Shown one piece after another: positions 52,409 to 60,621 of a DNA stretch of 64,000 nt. Every line of letters begins with the position of its first letter. Position 1 is the stretch's first letter. The notes under the pieces were generated by a model, which was given only the letters and a program-made list of their open reading frames with translations, did not search any database and was not told the origin of the DNA. Origin of the DNA: Calditrichia bacterium (GTDB lineage: Bacteria; Calditrichota; Calditrichia; JAJRVZ01); assembly GCA_963796965.1 (NCBI GenBank), contig CAWCNS010000007.1:512001-576000 (forward strand), in the 5' to 3' direction. The position numbers and the translations under genes are program-made.

Positions 52409-53119
52409 ATGTTTAAATTGTATTTATTCATTGTAATGGTATTATTATTTGCTTTACCATTACAGGCTCAGGTACTGGGAACCTGTGGATCAGGGGATGA
52501 TGCTACTAAGCCGCAATCAAACACGGCACCATCTGCAGATCTTATTGTTAGTCCAGTGCCTTTACCTGGACAGCAGGCCATCGATTTTCAATTACCTGCA
52601 GTCGTTGGTAATGATATAAAAAATATTAAATTATCTGATTACGATGGCAAGTGGCGTGTCGTTTGCTTTTTTCCTGCCGCCTTCACATTTGTCTGACCGA
52701 CGGAACTTTCCGCAGTTGCGGATAAATATGAGGAATTAAAAAAACTGAACGTCGAAGTTATCGCCATTAGTACTGACACCCATTTCTCACACTGGATGTG
52801 GAAAAAAACCTCCCCCACCATAAAAAATGTGGAGTATCCTATAGCAGGAGATCCGAGTGGTGCCGTGTCGCGTGCTTATGGTGTTTGGAATCCGACAAAT
52901 GGATTGAACCAACGTGGTCGTTTTATCATTAATCCGAAAGGAACCATAATGGGGGTTGAGGTATTAACCGGTCCGGTAGGCAGGAATGTGGATGAACTGA
53001 TCCGTCAGATCAAAGCGATGCAGGAAGTGGCTAAAAATCCTGGCAAAGCAGCACCAGCTGGCTGGAATCCAGGTGATGACCTCATCGGCACAGGCAAAGA
53101 TTTTATTGGAAAGTATTAA
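52409..53119 (+). CDS. prxU: Selenocysteine-containing peroxiredoxin (Sec96) with N-terminal signal peptide, 236 aa
   Basis: AGGAGG RBS; ORFs 52346-52696 and 52796-53119 are one frame separated only by TGA at 52694-52696 in [13 protein letters not shown], the peroxidatic-Cys position of AhpC/Prx1. Confidence 0.92.
52697..52726 (+). promoter_or_regulatory. Bacterial SECIS-like hairpin
   Basis: TCCGC-AGTT-GCGGA (52709-52722); G-containing apical loop begins 17 nt after the UGA. Confidence 0.75.
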
Positions 53120-53124
53120 AATAT

Positions 53125-53152
53125 AAAACCTCTGACTCCCGGCAGAGGTTTT
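53125..53152. terminator. Bidirectional intrinsic terminator
   Basis: AAAACCTCTG-8nt-CAGAGGTTTT between convergent genes. Confidence 0.8.
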
Positions 53153-53219
53153 AATAAGCGTACACATTTAATATTTTGCTAAAATAGTTATTTCTTAAAC
53201 TTAAAAATCAGAATAAATA

Positions 53220-54047
53220 CTAATCCAAAATCTTTAGCTGTACACCTCTAAATATTGAAACCAATAGCAAAGTTATCCCAAGCGTAACCACAACCATACC
53301 CCCCGTCGGAAAATCTAACACAAAGGAGAGATAGCTTCCAACAAGGCTTACCAGGATACCTGTTACCCAGCCGATTATCAATCGTCCTGAAAAACTTTTA
53401 CCTAGCAATGAACCGATGACAGCAGGGACGATCAAAAATCCAAATACCAACAGAACACCGGCTACTCTGACCGCGAATGTTACCAAAATCCCCAATAGCG
53501 CGTAGAATATGAAGTCCCAAATCATAAAGTTAGAATTTGAATTATTGTTATTCTTGACATTTTTACTGATTTCGAGTAATCGATTATGGACTAAAAAGTA
53601 GATAATACCTAGTACAAGATATATAATGGCATAGATTCCAACTTCCGTCCAATTTACCCAGAGAATATGTCCAACCATCAGATCATGGACATGCTCGGAT
53701 CCATGCGGCAAGCGGTCACCGGCAAGAATTACTGCTGCTGCACCTGTGGCATAAAGGATGCCGATAAAAGCTTCTTGCGGGACATATTTCCTCAAGCTTC
53801 TTGTTGTCGAAAGTAACAAAGCAGCAACTAATGTCAGGGAAAGAGATACGACGAATATCCAGGGATCATTTAATTCAAAACCGAGAAATATACCGACTGA
53901 AGCACCCAATGCCGCAATCTGCGCCAGGGCAATATCAATAAATATAACCTCCCGCATGACAACATGAATCCCGACATATCCACAAATTCCAACAAGAATG
54001 ATACACATGCAGATGGCAGGGGCCATAAAAGTGAGAATTTCTATCAT
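53220..54047 (-). CDS. ZnuB/MntB-type metal ABC permease
   Basis: GIHVVMREVIFIDIALAQIAALG, EAFIG, GVLLVFGFLIVPA. Confidence 0.88.
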   Translation of the reverse strand: MIEILTFMAPAICMCIILVGICGYVGIHVVMREVIFIDIALAQIAALGASVGIFLGFELNDPWIFVVSLSLTLVAALLLSTTRSLRKYVPQEAFIGILYATGAAAVILAGDRLPHGSEHVHDLMVGHILWVNWTEVGIYAIIYLVLGIIYFLVHNRLLEISKNVKNNNNSNSNFMIWDFIFYALLGILVTFAVRVAGVLLVFGFLIVPAVIGSLLGKSFSGRLIIGWVTGILVSLVGSYLSFVLDFPTGGMVVVTLGITLLLVSIFRGVQLKILD

Positions 54048-55036
54048 TTGGTACCTCTTTTCTGTTCTCTGTTTCTGTTTCTTTGTCTATTGGCATTATC
54101 AGGGTCAACTTTTTTTACTACATCAACCAAATCCTGAACCATAGAATCCAGCCACTCTAAATAGCTGTCAGCACCGTCCATTGCATTAACTTCTCCAGGT
54201 AATATGAGCAGTTCAGCCTCTGCCGCATTCGCAACCTCCTGAGCTTTGGTCGGATCTTTCCAGGAGGATATAATCACAATTTTGATGTCTTTTCGCTTCA
54301 TCAGGTTAATAATATCTCTTTTATGTCTTGGTGTAGGAGGAATGCCGGGTCTTAATTCCACATAACCGGCTACCTTTATCTTCAGCCAGTTAAGCAAATA
54401 ACTCCAGTGTACATGATAGCAAATTAATTCTCTATCTATTAAAACTGCCGCTTTTATTTCAAAATCTTTTATTTTATCCTGTAATTCTGTTCTAAATTTA
54501 TTGAAATTGTTATCATAATCATCCATATGATCAGGATCTAATTCGATCAGTTTATCTGTAATAAGCTCAGCCACCTTAATACCCAGATAGGGATTAAGGA
54601 GAAAATGAGGATTTCCGGAGGGATGCACATCTCCCATACTCCTATCAACTTCGCCCCTTGGTTTCTCAAGAATATTGGCACTCGTTATGGCTTGTGACGC
54701 ATTTAAGTTACCGGCTGCACCCGGCGTAACCTCATGATTCCTGGCACCCTGGATCAGGAGAGGCAACCAGCCTATCTCCAGTTCCAATCCTGAATAAATC
54801 AGCAAATCCGCCCGGTTTAACTTTACCATATAACTGGGTTTAGCTTCGATATAATGAGCATCCTGGACACCGCGGGTGATACTGTAGACTTCTACATGTT
54901 CTCCGCCAATACTCTTAGTAATTGAGGCCAGACTTGGCAATGTTGTTACAATATTCAAATCCTGAGCTTCAATTTCTCCCCACCCAAGAGATATCAGTAG
55001 GAAACAAAGTGTTAATTTTATTAATTTTAGTTGCAT
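54044..55036 (-). CDS. ZnuA/TroA-type metal-binding protein
   Basis: QDAHYIEAKPS, GDVHPSGNPHF, YH, PGIPPTPRH. Confidence 0.9.
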   Translation of the reverse strand: MQLKLIKLTLCFLLISLGWGEIEAQDLNIVTTLPSLASITKSIGGEHVEVYSITRGVQDAHYIEAKPSYMVKLNRADLLIYSGLELEIGWLPLLIQGARNHEVTPGAAGNLNASQAITSANILEKPRGEVDRSMGDVHPSGNPHFLLNPYLGIKVAELITDKLIELDPDHMDDYDNNFNKFRTELQDKIKDFEIKAAVLIDRELICYHVHWSYLLNWLKIKVAGYVELRPGIPPTPRHKRDIINLMKRKDIKIVIISSWKDPTKAQEVANAAEAELLILPGEVNAMDGADSYLEWLDSMVQDLVDVVKKVDPDNANRQRNRNREQKRGTK

Positions 55037-55053
55037 AACTTCCTGCCTTTATA

Positions 55054-56218
55054 TTAGTATTTATGAGCTGGATGTGACCCTATAGTCACATTAACCTGTG
55101 CTATTATTTGACTCTCCGTATTACCATTTACTTTGATCATATTGTATTGCAGGCGAAAGGCACTAAATTCAGTAGGGACATAACCCACAGCAAAGACTAA
55201 TACGACTACTTGAGAGATCAATGTTTGTATAATCTGACACATTATCAGGGATGGGGAAAAACCGGCTAAGATCTTTAGATTGATTATACCAATCATAGCG
55301 AAATTGCAACCACCATCGTATATTAAATTGCCCCATCAACTGGACGAAATAACCATGCAAGGGGTCCGAATTGTTTTCATCGAATTTCAGGTTGGCATGG
55401 ATATACTCTCCCTGCAATGTTACTGAATGATAGCGTCCACGCTGCAGGGGTTTCCATTTCATATGAAAATCAAGTCCCCAAACATTAGATAAAATGTTGC
55501 TTGTATCCGTTCCTACAGTTGAGAAGTCATCAAAATGGTATAATCCTCTTTGACCACTAAGATATGTACCACCAAGGCGAATTGTATATTCATCCGCCAA
55601 ATCCCATAAATTATCAAGATGAAATAGATAGGCAAAATTTGCAGATTTGCTGCTATTAAATAATATTGGATTATCTCCGTTAAGAAAACCTACAATAGCA
55701 TCCATATACCAGGATGTGGGCATGAGATAAGCAGCTTCAACACCAACCTCATTAAGGTCCGGGCCAAATACCTGTTCCATGATCAGGGGATAATCGGCAA
55801 AGGCAAAATGATGAAGATGCAGTAGATTATGCTGTCCAAACGTATTAAGCATCTGTCCACCGCGCAAGGTAGCCGGGATTGGCATCCTTAATGTTGTAAT
55901 ATATGCTTCTTCTACCCCAATTCCATCCTGCTCAGACGCAGAAATTGTGACCAACGATTTTAAATATACATCAACATTTGCCGTTACCATCAGCTCTATT
56001 TCCTGATAATGTAAACCCTGGGTTAGCGCAGATTGTGAATAAAGAGGCTCATCCAGGTTAGATCCCATCCCATAAAAGAGAGAATTAACACTTAGCGCTG
56101 GATTAAATGACCTACTGATCCCGGTTGCAGAGGCATCTGAATCTCCCTGAGCAACGCTTTGGATTGTTGAAGCCATCGTCAAAAAAATGGTTAATAAATA
56201 AAAATATATATTTCTCAT
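55054..56218 (-). CDS. Outer-membrane beta-barrel of metal-uptake clusters (frameshift near 55195)
   Basis: FNPALSVN, QEIEL...VDVY, NLLHLHH, shifted C-terminus PTEFSAFRLQY...IGSHPAHKY. Confidence 0.75.
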
Positions 56219-56372
56219 ACCACCACCTATATTTATAATAAGATGTTAATCGAAATGCAGTAGATTTAAATATGAGACTACAATAAATGAAAATAATCAC
56301 AAATCGGATAAAAAAGGACAAGATCCTTTTTATTTTTCCAAAAATGATAATTTGATAGGAATAGATTTAGGT

Positions 56373-56648
56373 TTAGGCGAGTGGGGGTGCTCTTATGGAG
56401 AATAGAGGGTTATAATATTCTGAATATAAATCATTAGGCCTGAGTTCGTTGAGATATAACAGAAGGGTTGAGGGAGAACTTAAATCAATATTTGGGGTTA
56501 AGAGTACCTGTGTTTTGTCCGCCTGACATAGGGGGCAATCCGGATCGGGGTCGACTAAGTGTGCCGGATCATCGATTAAGGTAACAAGACTGATACCAAT
56601 TAACCCAATAATGAGGGCCAATATGGTTATAATTGATTCTCGTTTCAC
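56373..56648 (-). CDS. DUF2946/CruR-like leader ORF (TM segment, CxxC, C-terminal RAPP)
   Basis: 91 aa: hydrophobic N-terminus, H...CPLC, ends SIRAPPLA; upstream of the metal-uptake genes. Confidence 0.75.
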   Translation of the reverse strand: MKRESIITILALIIGLIGISLVTLIDDPAHLVDPDPDCPLCQADKTQVLLTPNIDLSSPSTLLLYLNELRPNDLYSEYYNPLFSIRAPPLA

Positions 56649-56750
56649 GATATAAATATCGGAGTTTTTATTTTAAAAGACAAGTAAATATCAGATTTTA
56701 TAACCATATTTCCGGGGTTCGTCTTATACTTAGTAAACTCCTGTGTTTGA

Positions 56751-59474
56751 TTAAAATTCGGCCAACCCTGATCCCTCAACGGTGAAACAGTTAATGATCT
56801 CAGGTTTAAAACCGTTTGGTTTATAATAATATTTTTTAAGAGCCTTGGCCACGTCGTTGACCATTTCTTTTTTGGCTAAAATCATAACACATCCACCAAG
56901 ACCAGCCCCGGCAATCTGGGCCCCAACAACTCCCGGAACCTCCCTGGCTATATCCACCATTCGATCTATTTCCGGGGTACTGCAGGTATAACCTCCCTTT
57001 TGCATATATAATTGGGCTTTTAATACCTTCTCAGGATTTTCACTTGCCAGATCATCTATCAGTTTATTCAAATAATTGTCATCATAGGGATCTTTAAGTA
57101 GGACATATTCTCCCTGATCATTTTTAGTAACTACCCGATCCCCGTCATGACTAATAGCCATCAAACCACCGAACTCTTCCATCTTTCCATTATTCAAAAT
57201 CTCAACAGATAGTTTACTACGTATTATCTCTGCAATACCAAATAATAAAACACCACGTACATTATAAAATTTAGGTTCTTTATGAGAAGAGAAGTTAAGA
57301 TCGATCAAATCCGAGTATTTCCCGGGAAGCATTCGCCGGAAATCCGTTCGAGTCATATATTGTGGAACTTTCATTAGCCATTTATAAATATCACTGGTCA
57401 AACATCCTAAATTATCCGGTGTAATATCACGGAGATATTCGACATTCTCTTTTATAAAGGGAATACGAATTTTTAATATTTCCAAACCGAGATTAAAACT
57501 GCAAACTTTTTGATTAAATGTATCTTTTGCATTTGCGCTTTTTGCAGCTTTGATCTGACTATTGGCGATAATTACCTGATAATCCGGCGGGGCATCAATC
57601 ATTTTGTAAACTTGAAAAGGTAAATAGCCGACGTGGGCAACTTTCCCTCTCTCGCCTAAATATATCGCGGCATGGTCACCCGCGCCACCACGGGAGCCAA
57701 CAAACCATTCACCTTCACCACACATATCCACAAATTGCTGCGCATCTAAGTCCAATCCATTTAGTGCAATCGCTGCCTGGAGTGTCGCAACGACAATTGA
57801 AGAGCTGCTGCTTAATCCCGCAGCCTGGGGGATATCACCGGAAAGTGCAATGTTCAGGCCGGATATTTTCAAATCCTGATATTTATTCTGTAATCTTAAA
57901 ACGGCAGCCTTAATATAATTACCCCAATCACCCGCTGAGGAACGCAGAAGACCCCGCACCCAGGAGCTTTCAATAAAGTTTATCCAATCACTCCAGGCAA
58001 AGTTGCCGATAAGTTCTGATATATTGAATTTTACTGATTTAAATATATGAGGTACTGTGTTTACAGCTATAACATTATCATCATTTCTTTCACCGGCAAC
58101 AATAAAAGTTTCCTTATGAATAGCAAGAAAATTAGTAAATCCACCCCGATGATCCACATGTCTCCCCATCAGATTCACCCGTCCTGGGGCCCGGATAATG
58201 AGAACTTTCTCTTCGTCACCAAATCGCTTTCCATAGCACTTCAGCACTTTAATCAGATCTCTTCTTTTCAGTTGATGCAATTCAGGATGATCGCCATAAA
58301 TTTTCAGCATCCAATTATGAATATTTTTTTCATTTTTGTCGAGTAATCTCAACCACTCAGATACCTTACGATACTGATTTTTATTTAGAGATATCCGGCT
58401 ATTGTGGCGTGTATTTACTTTCAACCGGCTTTCTTTTTTTCGGCGGACAAAGTCTTGAATTGATAAGAGCTCATCCGGTGCATTAAAACCCTGAATAATA
58501 GTTACCTCAGTCGCTTTAACTGCGGTAAGACGGTAAAAAGGATCTCCATTATGAGTGCGCTGATTATTTAGATGGTTTATCATATCTGTGAAATAATACT
58601 CTTGCTGGGCATTATTATTATCAAGTAGTTTTAATCCTGTATAAAAGGCATCCGACTTTGATAAATATAAACTTGGATTAATTCCCAATGTGCCTGTATT
58701 TAATTCATCTACCGATCTGTTTTTACCGGACAGGATTATTTTGTATTTATCAGAAACGAGCAATTTCTTCAAAATAGTAGCATCAACCCTATCTTCATTT
58801 TCAAGATATTTCAACAACTCAGGAATTGCTTTTTTTTGCTTTTTATAATTTGGCAGATGTTTATTTATAATTTCAAATATTTTTTTCTTTTCCGGATTTT
58901 TATTCGTTTTAATCAAGTCACCCAATGAGTCAACAATAGAAAGCCTCATCATATCAACATGCTCCACTATTCCGGACAAGGCATAATTTTCATCTCCGAT
59001 TACCCGGGCTTCAGGACTTACTGAGTCGGGCTTATAAGGAAGCGTTAAAAGAGCAAAATCTGCCTGTTTGCGGATAAATCCTTCCACAAGCATTTCAATG
59101 GCTTCAGATTCTATATATTTATCGCCCATGCATATTAAAACGGGGTCATTGTATCCAAGATTTTCAAGAACTTCTCCAGCTAACATAGCCGCATGCCCGG
59201 TGCCCAATTGTGGATTTTGGTAAATATATGAAATCCCTTTATGTTCTTTAGAAACTGTTTGCATCACTTGTTCACTGCGGTCTCCAACCACAATTATAAA
59301 ATTTCTGAATCCCACACTTTTAAATGTGGATAATGTACGATTAATGGCCGGTTTACCGTCAATCTCAAAACATACCTTAGGCATTTCATTATTACCCATT
59401 CGCGTACCTTTACCTGCCGCAAGGATAATGACGACTGCCTTATTTACTAATAACTTATTTTGACCATTCTCCAT
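56751..59474 (-). CDS. Fusion of a GlmU-like nucleotidyltransferase and a galactokinase-family (GHMP) kinase
   Basis: LAAGKGTRM, QLGTGHA, NAQQEYYFTD; RAPGRVNLMG, AAGLSSSS, AGAGLGGC. Confidence 0.85.
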   Translation of the reverse strand: MENGQNKLLVNKAVVIILAAGKGTRMGNNEMPKVCFEIDGKPAINRTLSTFKSVGFRNFIIVVGDRSEQVMQTVSKEHKGISYIYQNPQLGTGHAAMLAGEVLENLGYNDPVLICMGDKYIESEAIEMLVEGFIRKQADFALLTLPYKPDSVSPEARVIGDENYALSGIVEHVDMMRLSIVDSLGDLIKTNKNPEKKKIFEIINKHLPNYKKQKKAIPELLKYLENEDRVDATILKKLLVSDKYKIILSGKNRSVDELNTGTLGINPSLYLSKSDAFYTGLKLLDNNNAQQEYYFTDMINHLNNQRTHNGDPFYRLTAVKATEVTIIQGFNAPDELLSIQDFVRRKKESRLKVNTRHNSRISLNKNQYRKVSEWLRLLDKNEKNIHNWMLKIYGDHPELHQLKRRDLIKVLKCYGKRFGDEEKVLIIRAPGRVNLMGRHVDHRGGFTNFLAIHKETFIVAGERNDDNVIAVNTVPHIFKSVKFNISELIGNFAWSDWINFIESSWVRGLLRSSAGDWGNYIKAAVLRLQNKYQDLKISGLNIALSGDIPQAAGLSSSSSIVVATLQAAIALNGLDLDAQQFVDMCGEGEWFVGSRGGAGDHAAIYLGERGKVAHVGYLPFQVYKMIDAPPDYQVIIANSQIKAAKSANAKDTFNQKVCSFNLGLEILKIRIPFIKENVEYLRDITPDNLGCLTSDIYKWLMKVPQYMTRTDFRRMLPGKYSDLIDLNFSSHKEPKFYNVRGVLLFGIAEIIRSKLSVEILNNGKMEEFGGLMAISHDGDRVVTKNDQGEYVLLKDPYDDNYLNKLIDDLASENPEKVLKAQLYMQKGGYTCSTPEIDRMVDIAREVPGVVGAQIAGAGLGGCVMILAKKEMVNDVAKALKKYYYKPNGFKPEIINCFTVEGSGLAEF

Positions 59475-59686
59475 AAATCATTTTTCCTTAGAAATCCTGA
59501 TATAAAAATTGGTTGTATTAAAAATTAGCCACAGAGATCACTGAGTAAGGAGCATAGCGCAAAGAGCAAAGAGCCTGGCCGAATTCTTAGCACTATTCAC
59601 TATACTCTATGTAAATAATTTCTCGGAGTTCTTCGGTGTAACTCGGTGGTTAGATATTTATATTTCTATAAACAGCATGAGGCAAA

Positions 59687-60151
59687 TTAACAATTATCAC
59701 GATATTTCAGCTGCACACCTTTGAGAAAATTTCGTAAGACCTGATCTTTACAATCACGATAATGTTTGTGATCCGGCTTCCTGAAGAAGGCACTTAATTC
59801 ATGTTTGCTCAGACGTAGATCGACCAGATCCATAATCTCTAAGATATCTTCGGCTTTCAGATCTAAGGCAATTCTCAATTTTCTAAACACAATATTATTC
59901 GTTAATCGCTTCTCCGGTTTAGGTTCCGGACCTTCTTTTTTCCCACGCTTTTCGACAATCAGACCATTCAGAAAACTGGCCATTTGCGAGTCCGTACAAT
60001 TCTGATAGGCCGCGTCATCCTCTTTTTTTAACCACTCACTCACCTGGGCCCGGGTAACCTCAAGATTACCTAATCCGAATAATTTAATCATTTTGGAATC
60101 ACTAAAGTTAAACGTATAACGGAGGCGGCGAAGAATATCATTATTTGTCAC
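59687..60151 (-). CDS. DUF1456 (YehS-like) protein
   Basis: NNDILRRLRY, FLNGLIVEKRG, NNIVFRKLRIAL, CKDQVLRNFL. Confidence 0.9.
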   Translation of the reverse strand: MTNNDILRRLRYTFNFSDSKMIKLFGLGNLEVTRAQVSEWLKKEDDAAYQNCTDSQMASFLNGLIVEKRGKKEGPEPKPEKRLTNNIVFRKLRIALDLKAEDILEIMDLVDLRLSKHELSAFFRKPDHKHYRDCKDQVLRNFLKGVQLKYRDNC

Positions 60152-60197
60152 GAATATACCCTTCTAGATAATGCAAAATTAATTTTTATCGTATTCT

Positions 60198-60334
60198 TCT
60201 CGCAGAGACACAGAGACGCAAAGTCTTATTATTATATGAGTTATGTTAATGTTATGATATCGAATTAAAAAAAATGATACATTGTTTAGAAATATATAAA
60301 TAATTACTTTCTGCGTCTTTGCGCCTTTGCGAGA
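60198..60334. repeat. Family A inverted-pair element
   Basis: TCTCGCAGAGACACAGAGACGCAAAG / TTCTGCGTCTTTGCGCCTTTGCGAGA. Confidence 0.7.
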
Positions 60335-60376
60335 GATAATTATTAATAGTTTGGGTTAGATGAAATATGATTAAAA

Positions 60377-60484
60377 CTAAGAAGATTTTGAACCCTTCTC
60401 CTTTTTTAATTTTCTTTTTTCTTTAATGCTCTTTTGGGGTTTTTTCTTCTCTTGTGTTTTACCTTTATCTCTGCCTTTTGCCAT
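60377..60484 (-). CDS. 35-aa Lys-rich small basic protein
   Basis: GGAGG RBS; MAKGRDKGKTQEKKKPQKSIKEKRKLKKEKGSKSS; shorter than any ORF in the supplied track. Confidence 0.7.
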   Translation of the reverse strand: MAKGRDKGKTQEKKKPQKSIKEKRKLKKEKGSKSS

Positions 60485-60621
60485 CTAAAACCTCCACTGG
60501 AATAATTATTTAATATCATATATCAAACATTTCGTTCAAAAAATATGGATTATAATCAATAGTATCAAGCAGGATCGAATAGAAACGGTTAGGGACTGTC
60601 GCCTTTTATGGAACTAAGAGA

